From: Mytilus edulis
Taxonomy: Eukaryota
NCBI RefSeq assembly: GCF_963676685.1
Contig: NC_092354.1
Coordinates: 60,016,001 to 60,080,000 of the forward strand
Reading direction: 5' to 3'
Length of the DNA: 64,000 nucleotides
The first letter of the stretch is position 1, and the number at the start of each line of letters is the position of its first letter. The position numbers and the translations under genes are program-made. Shown here in pieces: positions 1 to 12,570 of the stretch. The notes beneath the pieces are model-generated. The model searched no databases. It saw only the letters and a list, made by a program, of their open reading frames with translations, and was not told the origin of the DNA.

Positions 1-1783
1 GAAAATCGGGTCTCAATTTTGTAAGTTCGTTCTCAAGCAGTTTTTCAAATATTTTAGCGATACTTGGCACTAGAGATATCCCACGATATGAGTTAGTATC
101 AGTGCGAGGTTTTTTTCCACCCTTAAAAAGGAGGAAAATAATGCTTTTTCGCCACTCACCAGGTATATATCCGCATTGTATTATCATGTTGAACAAATGA
201 TGTAGATGTTTCAAGAGTAATTTTCCTCCGTATTTGATGTGTTCATATGCGATACGATCATGGCCACACGCCTTGTTGTTTTTCAAATGCGAACAAATGT
301 TAATGACATCAGAGTAACTAAATTGTAAATCATCCTTCTCGTTGAGAGTTCTATTTGTTTCACGAATGGTTGATACGCGGTCTGATATGTAGGTTTCACG
401 GTCTGGTTCACTGTACACAGATTGCGAAAAAACGTTTTGAAAATGGTCATACCATATATTCATTAGATCGTTACTATCCGTAAATAAAGTGCCATCTTTC
501 TTTAGAGCTGTACAGGTGTGTGGCTTCTGTTTCCGCTTATTAAGAATGATCCATACTGACTTTTGGTCAACGTCAATGTCATTTTCAATTTTCTGAGCAA
601 TAGCACTTTCATATTCGTCAATTGCGGATCTTTGAGCATCACGAAAAGCCTTTTTGGCCTGCTTGTAATGATTGAACGCATCGCATTTTAAATCATGGCA
701 ATTACAGTTGTTTAACCATTCGATTCTTTTCAAACGCATCATGTCGCGCAAATGAGTAAGACTTTTATTCCAATATGGCTTTTGATAAGGTTTGAATATA
801 GAGTACGGCAATGTCTCTTGTTCGGCTTGCTTAATTGCTGACACTATCTTATCGTAGTAATCCTCAATAATCAGTTTATTAATTTCGTGTCTTGGAAATT
901 CGGACGTCCACAAGTGTTGTGATAATGCGAACGAATAGTCATTTATGTAACCAAACTTGCGTGCACGATCCCAAGAAACGGAACGAGTTGATTGTTCACC
1001 TTCAGTATGAGTGAGAACTGAGTTTTCTATTGTTATTGAACATAATATTGGTCGATGGTCAGATACTGAAAAAGGTTGACTGTCTATAACTTTTGCATTT
1101 GACACTTTTCCAATTTCTGATAGTGGCATAAGAATATGATCGATACAAGTAGACGGACCATTATCGTATGATTGAAACGTTGTTACTGGTCCATGGCAAA
1201 ACATTTGCGTATTTACTGAAAACAATTCGTACTCTTGTATTAAGGAATACATAAGCCTACTTCTTTCGTCGGGGTTAAATTTATAACGCGGGCCTTGAAT
1301 CTTTGTATTGAAGTCGCCCATTAGTATGATAGATCCCATATCTTTATATACAGAACAAATTTCATGCAAAAGTTCAACATTATACTGGTACAGTTGATGA
1401 GGTTGAGTTGTAGCTGGTAAATAAATTGATAGAATAATGAAAGTTTGTACGTTAGGTAAGTTAACTTGGATGCCTATGATTCTGTCACTATCAATGTCTA
1501 TTTCAGTAACAAATGAAACAATGTCTTTTGACACTAAGAAGGCTACCCCACACCGACTGTTGCATGACATTGATTCAGGATTATGCATGTCCACACCTTT
1601 TGCTATGGAGACAAATTTATTATCTATAGTGTTAAGTACATGAAGCTGGTATGTACGTAACCAATGCTCGGAAATAGCACAAATGTTAACTTTGTATTCA
1701 GCTAATAAATCGGAGAGACATGATATACTAGAAAAAAGTCCCCTACAGTTCCAGCACATCAAATTTAGATTGTTATATGCCAT
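1..1783 (-). CDS. LINE ORF2 (APE endonuclease + start of reverse transcriptase), truncated by window edge
   Basis: ATG at 1783 gives MAYNNLNLMCWNCRGL...ICAISEHWL (APE motifs). The window edge reads IIFLLFKGGKKPRTDTNSYRGISLVPSIAKIFEKLL (start of RT). It is absent from the ORF track, consistent with no stop before the edge. Overlaps the ORF1 stop by 11 nt. Confidence 0.9.
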   Translation of the reverse strand, partial: MAYNNLNLMCWNCRGLFSSISCLSDLLAEYKVNICAISEHWLRTYQLHVLNTIDNKFVSIAKGVDMHNPESMSCNSRCGVAFLVSKDIVSFVTEIDIDSDRIIGIQVNLPNVQTFIILSIYLPATTQPHQLYQYNVELLHEICSVYKDMGSIILMGDFNTKIQGPRYKFNPDERSRLMYSLIQEYELFSVNTQMFCHGPVTTFQSYDNGPSTCIDHILMPLSEIGKVSNAKVIDSQPFSVSDHRPILCSITIENSVLTHTEGEQSTRSVSWDRARKFGYINDYSFALSQHLWTSEFPRHEINKLIIEDYYDKIVSAIKQAEQETLPYSIFKPYQKPYWNKSLTHLRDMMRLKRIEWLNNCNCHDLKCDAFNHYKQAKKAFRDAQRSAIDEYESAIAQKIENDIDVDQKSVWIILNKRKQKPHTCTALKKDGTLFTDSNDLMNIWYDHFQNVFSQSVYSEPDRETYISDRVSTIRETNRTLNEKDDLQFSYSDVINICSHLKNNKACGHDRIAYEHIKYGGKLLLKHLHHLFNMIIQCGYIPGEWRKSIIFLLFKGGKKPRTDTNSYRGISLVPSIAKIFEKLLENELTKLRPDF

Positions 1784-3650
1784 TGCGTCTGTAAGATGAT
1801 ATCGAATGCTCACTCACAAATTGTTGCCAGGAAAGCCATGGTTTAGTAAAAATTCCACTTGGCCAGAAATATGGATCACTAATATACGGTTCGTCATCTG
1901 ATATGACGTTTAGCTGTGCGGAAGCTGTCCTTTTATTATGTCTGTCAAAATAGCGAATGAAAGTTACTTTTACGTTTCGATCTTCTAAATACTTCCGCAT
2001 AAGTTTCTCAGATCCGTTACGCTTATCGATACCACCGACATAAAACCGACTGACTTTTTTCTTATGGACAACTCCTTTGAATGTTGAGCATACTGAACTC
2101 GGAAAGTGAACCGGAATTTTATGTTGACTATTATTAGTGTTTTCAAGTGGTTGATCCTTATTGAGTACATTTTCAACAGAGTCTGGTGTAATGTTTGAAG
2201 ACGCAATGACCGATGCAAATGACTTTTTATGTAAGAAGCCTTTTTCAACGTTTTTCTTAGGGTGATTGACATAAACAGGTTTAACAATTGAGTCTCTCAA
2301 AAGTGAAGAGTCAGTTTCATTGTTTTCATTTGACATATCAACATTAATCTCTGTATTTGTCGTCAAATCAGTAGGTACAGGCTTTGAAGTAGCAAGTGCA
2401 TAAGACATTTGGTTGGAACATGTTAGTTGCTTGACGTTTTTCTCCAACGCGTTCATACGTTTTCGGAGTTCTGTTACAGATTGGTTGTTGGACAACGTAT
2501 TGTTATTAAAACTAAGAATGGAAGTATTTATCTCTTTAAGTTCATTAGACATAATAGATACTTTAGACTTGAGGTTACATAATCCAGATGCACGACTGTC
2601 GCTAATCTTTGTAATTCTGATTATTTCAGAATCAAGTCTGGATTTTGTTTCATTGGATAATGTAGTAGTTTTATCTAGTTTGGTTTTTATGTTGTTGATC
2701 TTATTTTCATTTTGACCAACAACTGACTTAAGATTGTTCATTGACTCGATGGTGCCACGCATAGTGCTTTCGTTGTTTTTTTGATATTGGGATAATTCTG
2801 TTAGATTATCAATATTTGTTTTCTGTGTCTTTTCAAAATTGGCAACAGCGTCATTCAACATACTGTTTTTTGAGCGAATTATATTCAGCTGACTTTGAAT
2901 GTTTATGTGACGTTCCTTTTGCTTATTCAACTCGGTATGTAGCTTTTTGTTCTCAGTGTACAATCCGTCTATTCGGTTAGTAAGGTTTGAGACAGTTTTA
3001 GAGTTAGATGCTTTTATTTCGAGGACAGTACTTTCTAATTGGATAAGTTTTTCACGGAGGATGGTGTCGAAGTTTTGTGCTGAAGTAGTAACATCAACGT
3101 CGATATTTGACAAATTGGTCGACACGGATCTAGAGCTAAAAGTTTCTTTAAGATCATCGCAAAATTCACCCCTTGATGCTAGCCGTAGTGCGTAACAGTC
3201 GCGCCCAAGTTTATTTACTAGTGGTTCACCAGTTTTTCCTCTCGGATTAACTCTCCGTTTCAAGACTGGACATTGAATAGGGAAGTCTTCTCTACATTTT
3301 GCATCTTTGAAATAGTATAATCTAAGTTGTTCAAGCGTATCAGTGTCATTTTGGCATATTTCAAGTAAGGAAGCAATAAACGAATCTTTGGGTAGACCAT
3401 TACATTCAGAGTCAATACGATCAGTAATGATTTGAGATGGATCTGATAAGGAGACTAAGTTTGTATCACTTGCGTCGTTAAGGAAGTATTTCACTAACTG
3501 TTGTGATTCATTTATCAGACCAGATTGCGAATCATGACAAATAAAGTTACTAGTATTCGAAAAACTATCGTGTGATGGTTGTAACGCACAGTTTTGTAAT
3601 TCAGTATATATTAAATCAACAGGCGAATGACAACAAGTACTCATATCCAT
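1773..3650 (-). CDS. LINE ORF1 protein (625 aa; long coiled coil + C-terminal RRM-like region)
   Basis: Long intact ORF immediately upstream of ORF2. Central heptad-rich region. C-terminal RFYVGGID...FWPSGIFTKPW resembles ORF1 ends of CR1/L2-group LINEs. Confidence 0.85.
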   Translation of the reverse strand: MDMSTCCHSPVDLIYTELQNCALQPSHDSFSNTSNFICHDSQSGLINESQQLVKYFLNDASDTNLVSLSDPSQIITDRIDSECNGLPKDSFIASLLEICQNDTDTLEQLRLYYFKDAKCREDFPIQCPVLKRRVNPRGKTGEPLVNKLGRDCYALRLASRGEFCDDLKETFSSRSVSTNLSNIDVDVTTSAQNFDTILREKLIQLESTVLEIKASNSKTVSNLTNRIDGLYTENKKLHTELNKQKERHINIQSQLNIIRSKNSMLNDAVANFEKTQKTNIDNLTELSQYQKNNESTMRGTIESMNNLKSVVGQNENKINNIKTKLDKTTTLSNETKSRLDSEIIRITKISDSRASGLCNLKSKVSIMSNELKEINTSILSFNNNTLSNNQSVTELRKRMNALEKNVKQLTCSNQMSYALATSKPVPTDLTTNTEINVDMSNENNETDSSLLRDSIVKPVYVNHPKKNVEKGFLHKKSFASVIASSNITPDSVENVLNKDQPLENTNNSQHKIPVHFPSSVCSTFKGVVHKKKVSRFYVGGIDKRNGSEKLMRKYLEDRNVKVTFIRYFDRHNKRTASAQLNVISDDEPYISDPYFWPSGIFTKPWLSWQQFVSEHSISSYRRNGI

Positions 3651-3911
3651 TGTCTAACGGTACATGTATACACTTGTAGGTGATAAATACAGTTCACTGT
3701 TTTTTCAATCAATCGATGTAAAATGAAGAAATGGAATACATCTTTTCGAGAGCAAATGTTTTCATTTTGTTGTTGAATGTATGATGTATGTGTGTAAAAG
3801 AACAATCTCACCAAATATGACGAACTTTGGAATTCTAGAAATCCAATAACTTTGAAGAAAACAGCAGATCAAAAATTTCCCAATCTGACATGAAAGGGGA
3901 CACAATCCAAG

Positions 3912-5242
3912 AAAAAGAAGCGCCTGTTTCTCCTCTACAAGACCTATATAGTCATACCCCGTGACATCCCTGATTATTTTTCTCTAGGAGCCGTGGAATA
4001 GGTCGACCCCCCTATTTTGGACCATTTTTTTTCAAATTTTGGGCTCTAGTTTCAGATTTTTGAACATAGCGCCCTTCGATACCTTGCGCAAAAGAAGCGC
4101 CTGTTTCTCCTCTACAAGACCTATATAGTCATACCCCGTGACAACCCTCATTATTTTTCTCTAGGAGCCGTGGAATAGGTCGACCCCCCTATTTTGGACC
4201 ATTTTTTTTCAAATTTTGGGCTCTAGTTTCAGATTTTTGAACATAGCGCCCTTCGATACCTTGCGCAAAAGAAGCGCCTGTTTCTCCTCTACAAGACCTA
4301 TATAGTCATACCCCGTGACATCCCTCATTATTTTTCTCTAGGAGCCGTTGAATAGGTCGACCCCCCCTATTTTGGACTATTTTTTTTCAAATTTTTGGCT
4401 CTAGTTTCAGATTTTTGAACATAGCGCCCTTCGATTCCTTGCGCAAAAGAAGCGCCTGTTTCTCCTCTACAAGACCTATATAGTCATACCCCGTGACACC
4501 CCTCATTATTTTTCTCTAGGAGCCGTGGAATAGGTCGACTTCCCTATTTTGGACCATTTTTTTCAAATTTTGGGCTCTAGTTTCAGATTTTTGAACATAG
4601 CGCCCTTCGATACCTTGCGCAAAAGAAGCGCCTGTTTCTCCTCTACAAGACCTATATAGTCATACCCCGTGACATCCCTGATTATTTTTCTCTAGGAGCC
4701 GTGGAATAGGTCGACCCCCCTATTTTGGACCATTTTTTTTCAAATTTTGGGCTCTAGTTTCAGATTTTTGAACATAGCGCCCTTCGATACCTTGCGTAAA
4801 AGAAGCGCCTGTTTCTCCTCTACAAGACCTATATAGTCATACCCCGTGACAACCCTCATTATTTTTCTCTAGGAGCCGTGGAATAGGTCGACCCCCCTAT
4901 TTTGGACCATTTTTTTTCAAATTTTGGGCTCTAGTTTCAGATTTTTGAACATAGCGCCCTTCGATACCTTGCGCAAAAGAAGCGCCTGTTTCTCCTCTAC
5001 AAGACCTATATAGTCATACCCCGTGACATCCCTCATTATTTTTCTCTAGGAGCCGTTGAATAGGTCGACCCCCCCTATTTTGGACTATTTTTTTTCAAAT
5101 TTTTGGCTCTAGTTTCAGATTTTTGAACATAGCGCCCTTCGATTCCTTGCGCAAAAGAAGCGCCTGTTTCTCCTCTACAAGACCTATATAGTCATACCCC
5201 GTGACACCCCTCATTATTTTTCTCTAGGAGCCCTGGAATAGG
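3912..5242. repeat. ~177-bp tandem satellite, ~7.4 copies, organised as a 708-bp 4-mer higher-order repeat
   Basis: CGCCTGTTTCTCC recurs at 3921, 4098, 4275, 4453, 4629, 4806, 4983 and 5161. Diagnostic variants repeat every fourth unit. Confidence 0.95.
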
Positions 5243-5630
5243 GCAACCTCCATTTCTTCAAATGTGTATGTAAGTTTAATTAAACAATGACATCACAGGT
5301 GCGATGATTTACAGGGTAGGACTACTTTTACGTTCTAAATTGATTTGGTACATTGGTGGCCCTACACCTACAAATAATCCGTTGATAGATGCAGATTTAC
5401 TATGGTACTGAATATTAGCCTTAAAAGAGATGTGACTTGTTTTATCAATGGATGGGATAAAAACCATTTCAAGCTTGAGTTTAAATTGCAATATTTGGAC
5501 TGATTTTCTGCCTTCTAAACATTTTTTGATTTAACGGCCGTTGCTGTCTTATTCATTTTTTTGGTTTCTCGATATATCGCCTTATTGTTCGCTGGCTTAT
5601 TGTTCGCTAGCTATTGTTCGCTAGCTTCTG

Positions 5631-6080
5631 CCTGGTCATTATATGTACACGATATTCTGTTCAGTAATATCACACAAAGAGCCAATACTCCAGCGAGGCG
5701 ATACTCAATATTAACCCCCTAGTAAGATATTAAACACATCCCTGGCCATTATATGTACAAGATATGCTGTTCAGTAATGTCACACAAAGGTCCAACACTC
5801 CAGCGAGGCGATACTCTATATTAACCCCCTAGTAAGATCTTAAACACATCCCTGACCATTATATGTACAAGATATGCTTTCAGTAATGTTACACAAAGGG
5901 CCAACACTCCAGCGAGGCGATATTCAATATTAACCCCCTAGTAAGATCTTAAACACATCCCTGGCCATTATATGTACAAGATATGCTGTTCAGTAATGTC
6001 ACACAAAGGGCCAACACTCCAGCGAGGCGATATTCAATATTAACCTCCTAGTAAGATCTAAACACATCCCTGGCCATTAT
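5631..6080. repeat. ~110-bp tandem repeat, 4 copies plus partial
   Basis: CCTGG(C/T)CATTAT-type unit starts at 5631, 5741, 5851, 5960 and 6069. Confidence 0.95.
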
Positions 6081-7441
6081 AATCTAAAGTACCCTTGTAT
6101 TAACAAATGTATCAATTACCAATATTTGCTGCTGATTGATGCAAAAGATGTAACATCATGGCTACCTGAGACTTTAATTAGAGATCGATACCTTGTCTAC
6201 CTTTACAGGTAAAAATTGACATTTCTAATCATAGGTAGATGCTTATATTGACAACATCTATAGAATAATATTTAAATTATAATGGAGTTTTACATGTTCT
6301 ATATATTTAGTTACATATTGTAATTAAAGTGTGACAAAGCAGAAGGTTGGATGAACATATTATCTATGCTTTATGTCGGTCAAAGTTTTATTCAATATAT
6401 CGTAAATATGGAAGATGGATTTAAGTTGACTTTGGGAAGACAAATAAATGATCTTACATAATTATAAGTGGCGATGAATATTTGAAAAGACGAATGCAAT
6501 TAATATTTTGAGTACCATCATTTCTGTTTCATGTTTTGTATTCAATTGAAATGAAACACTATAGTTGTGTGCAATAGTCTGGACAATAAAAACAATGATA
6601 TATTTTTATTTCTTTGTTATTGGATATGAAGAACTGAGATAAGTATAGTGCATTCACCAAGAAGTTCCAATGAACAAACTTAGACATTTTCGAGTCAGAG
6701 CACAAGCAGAGCATCCGTAAAGTTTTAAAGAAACAAAGTTAGCCGACACACTGGCTAAAACTTGACTTGTTGTGTTTGTACAAATCTAACTAATCTAATA
6801 AGGCAATTAATTATGATTAGCACAACGAAACTGACAGATGTTACCAGAATTATTTTTATATGGTGTGTACAAAGGTATAATATTTAAAAATGGTGGACAT
6901 TGGACCAGTTTGTTTGCTGTTTTGTCACTTTCTGATTCCACTGGTCTACGGTTAGTATATATAGAAATAAAAAGGTTGTATGAGTGCCAATGAGACAACT
7001 CTCAATTGTAGGTCAAAGTACGGCCGTCAACACAGAAACTTTGCTCACACCGAACATCAAGCTATAGAAGGTCCCACGATGACTAGTGCAACACAATCCA
7101 AACAGAAAAATAAATGGAGTAATCCAAATAAAAAAAAAAACAACGAGAATCGAAAATATATGTTTGATTTAAGCAGGCATATTTTGAACTACAAACAGTC
7201 TTAACCAACTAAAATGATACATACAGACAAATCGTTTAGATTGAATATAATAGTACCATACATCCATATATAAGAACCGTTAATTTGACTTTAATATTTA
7301 TATAAAATTTGAACGTAAGCTGCTAAATAGAAATTTTATTATTTAACCGTAAGTTCGAACTATTTATACCTTTCCCTGGAATTGAAACATCTTTTCACTT
7401 TGCAGATTCGATAATATGTTGCATAATGCATCCCAAATATA

Positions 7442-8311
7442 CTAGTCAACAAAAGAAACGATACAAGACCTTTTTTTTCAAATTTAAGATAAAGTTTTCC
7501 GTTTATAGGACCAATATAGAAGGTAGTAATACTTAATCATTATGGAAATATAAATCCGTTTAAAAAAAATATTTTTTTGCTTTCGTGATTTTTTTTGACG
7601 ATTTTTTTTGTTTTTTACAAAATTTACATTAAACGACAATTTAACAGAAGTTTCAACTAATGATGCCAACCTCTCATTTAAAGGTAAAGACAATGTTTGC
7701 CATCAATTTGTTTTTAAAAATCATACAGTTTCTTCGTTTATTTGTTTACCAAAGTTCGGCCCCACGAGAAATCGTTAAAATGTATGTACATTAACTGATT
7801 TACCATAGGTCTACAGTATGTGTAAAGTGATATTCAAAAAGCGGTCACAATCTTAAAACTAATCCGAAATGTTCCAAATTTACTGTGTGTTGTTTTCATA
7901 TCCAAAGCATTGATTTGAGACAAAAATAATTTTTTTTTTGCATTTTTTGAGATTTCAAAAAAACACTTTTTTTCCCAAAAATTTGAAAAAACAATATTTC
8001 AACCCATTAGTTACAACATGAAACACAACTTGATTAGCATATTGAATATTTTTAAACAAAGTTGAAATTTTATTTAGTACTTAGAAAATTACGTGTCGAT
8101 TTTTTATTCAACTTTCCGCAAAACTTATTTGCACCCTATAGTCGTTTACAGGGAATTTAGATTCTTACCGACAAGTTTTGATTTTCATTATCACATGTGC
8201 ATACATTGCAAATGATAGCTTTTTAAAATAGTGTATTTCATTTTGTTTTATATTTAATACTTTTTGATAAATTGTATTTCAAAGTCTTGTATCGTTTCTT
8301 TTGTTGACTAG
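7442..8311. mobile_element. MITE with ~30-bp perfect TIRs and TA target duplication (Tc1/mariner-type)
   Basis: ta|CTAGTCAACAAAAGAAACGATACAAGAC ... GTCTTGTATCGTTTCTTTTGTTGACTAG|ta. Confidence 0.8.
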
Positions 8312-8756
8312 TATATTTTAACTTGGCTGGTGCACTTGGTAACATATGTTCATTGTTGAGGGGCGTAAAAAAAAGGGGGGAAGGATATCTGCACGGAAGA
8401 ACGCGAAATAAAATTGCCATTTCACGATGAACGAACAATGTCTTGCACGTTGATCTTGTTACCGATTTCACGAAACACGGTGAATAACGAGCTTTTTTCG
8501 TAATGTTATTCGTCTCGTTAGCGCTATATATTTTGAAATCCGAAAGACTAACGTCCTTTTAAAACGTGCATTTTACCCTAAACTTAAATAGTCTCATAGA
8601 TATTTTGTTTTAAGCATTTACAATATAGTCAAATTAAAAGTAACTCATTAAAATCCTACTTTCCCCTCACTTTCTATTCGGATATAGTATCTCCAAAGAC
8701 TGCTACTTTATAACACGAAAGGAGTGACAGGCTACAAGCCAATGTTTTCCTTGTTT

Positions 8757-8966
8757 CAGTTTAGACAGTTCTACCCTAGAACTGATCCTGACAGTTCTAC
8801 CTAGAACTGATTTAGTCAGTTCTACCTAGAACTGATTCTGACAGTTCTACTTAGAACAGTTGTAGGGTAGAACTGTTCTAGGTAGAACTTTTCTAGGACA
8901 GGTTAGAACAGTTCTATGACAGTTCTCCTGACAGTTCTAATGAGAGGTTAGAAGTGATCTCCACTG
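8757..8966. repeat. Short element of direct and inverted ACAGTTCTACCTAGAACT sub-repeats (possible small MITE)
   Basis: Multiple GACAGTTCTAC/TAGAACTG copies in both orientations, with CAGT...ACTG ends. Confidence 0.5.
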
Positions 8967-9065
8967 TAACATATATAAAAAAAACCACCAAAACATATAA
9001 AATAGTCTGTTTTCTTACCAAGGATTTAGATAACTGAATATATATGATACTTAAAACACAATTTT

Positions 9066-9458
9066 AGGATGTTCGCTCCTTTTATTTTTGAATTTTTGCC
9101 AGATATTCGGAATTCTCTGGTTTTATCCATGTAGTGCCTTTAACAAATTTCCCCCGCTAACCCCTACTTTTCATTTCATAATTTAATTACATATAGTTTA
9201 ATAAGCCACATTTGAAAATCCTATAGAATCCTTGTTATTTTTTCATAACTTTTGAAAGGAAAAAGGTGCCAATGTTAAATGTAAATAAAAGTCTAGAGAG
9301 AATTACTTCCCGCCAAATTTTCAATGGCTCATATCTCGTAAACAAGCACACAGACCTTTCATTTTTTTTCTACTTTGTTAGTTCCTTTATTTATATACTA
9401 TCAATTTTTAATAGTCTTTTAAAAAGCTTGTTATTTTGAAACAGAGTTGCCAACTTCC
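9066..9458 (+). mobile_element. Non-autonomous DNA transposon, Kolobok-like (TTAA-type flanks, GG...CC ends); related copies at ~10780-11070 (-) and 13811-13980 (+, fragment)
   Basis: ttta|GGATGTTCGCTC ... GAGTTGCCAACTTCC|ttaa; three dispersed similar copies in the window. Confidence 0.6.
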
Positions 9459-12144
9459 TTAAATTAAAAGAAAGAGGTACGGGGATAATGACATTCCTCA
9501 GGACCAGAAATAGATCATAATTACAAGGGCCAGGGTCTTTTGTGGTCTTCCTGGTTAATCCCCACTCTTTGCTACTACTGTTTATTTTTAATATACTTTA
9601 TATTATATTTTCATCTCATCTTGTCATGTGTGTTTATGTTATGATATATCACTTTGGATGACCTTCTTTGTACCATTGTTACGTTATGGTATTTGAGAAA
9701 TTAAGAATCTTGAATCTTTTTATTCTGTATTTGTTTTTTGCCCTTATTTTGCACCTTTTCTCCACATTCTCTATTCTGTTAACACCAACTAGACTCACTG
9801 ACACTTGTGATATTCTTTTGACAGTGCGTCAAGCCTTGCATGAAAGAAAGAAATACAAGTAGACCTTCAACTGAGTGTGAAATTTGATAAACATTTGTAT
9901 TAGAGTTATTTTTAAAACTGACACCATAAAATTTCACTAAAAGCAATATAAGAAACCTATTTCCAATTATCTTGATATTTTAATCGGAGAAAAGCACAAT
10001 TAAATCAAAAAATTGTCAGGTTCTTTTGATGGCAGTTCAACATTCACTTGTTTCCAGTGGCAGTCTAAATTTCCCGCCTTTTCTCAAGGACGACTTTTTG
10101 CCTTTCATGACCGACATTATAAAATATAAAATCGTTAATTGTTTCTCGTTCCGAACAGAATGTAATAATAATTACAAGAGACGTAAATCCATCCAATTTT
10201 ACATCCACCCAAGTCCAATTGCATGTTTGTTAAAGTAAAATACTATGTGCTAATCATTAAAAAAAAAAACAATATACAAAGAATATTTTGCATTAAAGTT
10301 TCTTGTAAATAATAATTTCATCCAAATCAATTCCTAATATTTTCACAACTTTAAATAACGTATTTAAATTAAACTAACCATAGTTATTATTTAACTATTT
10401 TCGTTGAATTTTTAAATGTAAACTTGAAATTGATAAAATATAACAAACATTGCACAATGAAACTGAAAATTATTTATATGGATTACACGGTAAAGGTTGT
10501 GTAACCGTCAACGCCACTGTTACCATATCAACTTATAATACCGAAAAGTTATGCCGCTTAATTGTTCTGAATATCTTTTTTATACTGTTTCTGTTTTGTT
10601 TACAGGGCTTTTCCAAATATTTTAATACATTTATATTTCTCAAGTATTAACACGAATGCGCATGACGTGTCAAAACAACAAGAATGAAATAGTAATATTA
10701 AATGATATATATCTCTCTCTCTCATTTAAAAAAAAACAAGAATAGAATAGTAATTTGAAGATCTCTCTCTCTCTCTCTATTTGCTTGTTTTCGAGATATA
10801 AGCCAATAAAATTTGGCGGGAAAATTGTCTATCTTGATTTTTCATAGCTATAACATTTTTAAGTTAAAGTTCTCACTTCTCAAAAACAATTAGAATATAT
10901 AACAAAGATTTTATAAGGTTTTACAAATGTCTCATAATTATACATGTAAAAGATTTATAAAAAGAAAAATGGGGGTCAAGGGGCCAAATTTTTAAGGCAT
11001 TCGAATGGATAAAACTAGATGATTCCGAAAACATGACAAAATTTCCAAACCATGACAAGCGAAATCCTTAATGTAGTAACAACACATGTCTGAATAAATA
11101 ATAATTCGATTTTATAAAGAATTCCTATTTCATCCTACACATATAAAATGTAATATTAATGCATTTTGAAATGAAAAATAAAACCCATACGACAATTTGT
11201 TTTTAAACAAGAACATCAATATTATGTAATATTACTCCCTTCTGACTTTTTATGTTTGTATTTTTGTAACCATGGCGATGACTTGTCACAGATAACACCA
11301 GCTTTACAATGATTATGCATTTTATTTTGTTAATTCGATGAATTGAAACGACGAATGTTTTGTCAAAGGAATACTAACTGTATACCATAAAATCGGATGA
11401 TAATGTCTTGGCATCAATATAATATTGTAACGGAAATTCCATGTAAAGGAGACACAATGGATAAGCGTTGGTTTGTTTAAAAGAAAACAAGAGCCCGGCT
11501 AACTATTAATGTGACATATTTTCAAACTTACTGTTCTTTATGTAAACACAATGTTTTGAATGAACTCAGATGAATACGTATTTATAGTGTTATCAACTGG
11601 CTTTTTCTGTATCTGTCCTGTTATAGCTGTTTTGGACCCGAGACGTAAATTGTACAACATATAATACCAAGCGGGCTTAACCTACCATTGTCTTAAGAAA
11701 ATGCATGTACCAAGTTAGTTATATGACAGTTGTTTTCAATTTGTGTCTTTGAATCTTGTCTTGATCTAGTTTGAACACAGTACAGTATGTGAACACCAGA
11801 TCAATATTTTAAAAGCACTTTATTTCCCTTGGAAACTTTCATAAGCAAGTGATTAAATATATGAATTTAACTTATATACACATCAACATTACAATGAATA
11901 ATTGATTGACTTTTATCTTTGTTTAATAATAAGAAGTATGATCGATGAATTGAAAAACCAATTAACAAACTTTTTTTTCTAAAGAACCGGCGATTTGTAT
12001 TTAAATTGTAGGAGTGAAACATATTTAATGTTTCTCAACCATTATTTATTAAACATTTTAAAGCTATTTACCTTAAACAGCAAACATGACAGTTAAAAGC
12101 GTATCGATTTTCAGTACTACTCTATTGTTGTCTTAAACTCCGCT

Positions 12145-12570
12145 TGTCTCTTATTTGGAAGTATTCCTGTCTTGTCTTTCGATATATTGGTTTTGTTTGT
12201 CAATACACTTGTCTTTTTGTCAATTATACCCTTGACTGTTTGTGAACACACTTGTATGTTACTTGTCTTTTTGTCAATTATACCCTTGACTGTTTGTGAA
12301 CACACTTGTATGTTAATCAATATACTTGTCTTATTTAGCAGTATTCCTTCTTGTCTGTCGATATACTTGTTTTGTTTGTCATTACACTTGTCTTTTTGTC
12401 AATACATTTGTCTTGTTTATCAGTATTCCTTCTTGTCTGTCGATATACTTGTTTTGTTTGTCAATACACTTGTCGTGTTTGTCAGTATTCCTGTCCTGTT
12501 TGTCATGTGTTTTAACCGTCATGTTTGTCAATATACTTTTCTGGCTTCCCAGTATTTCTGTCTTGTTTTT
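12145..12570. repeat. Degenerate ~21-bp minisatellite containing an exact 54-bp tandem duplication (12207 and 12261)
   Basis: Recurrent TCAATATACTTGTCTTGTTTG-like units, which explain the spurious ORFs here. Confidence 0.8.

Larger units (their letters stand above)
1..3910 (-). mobile_element. Non-LTR retrotransposon (CR1/L2 group), apparently intact 5' part
   Basis: ORF1 + ORF2 arrangement. The 5' boundary is uncertain and the 3' end is outside the window. Confidence 0.85.

Noticed and set aside
1437-3195. Plus-strand and alternate-frame ORFs over the LINE
   Set aside because: Shadow ORFs of ORF1/ORF2.
3912-6080. Tandem arrays as CRISPR or RNA gene clusters
   Set aside because: Whole units repeat with no spacers, and no tRNA, 5S or snRNA motifs were recognised.
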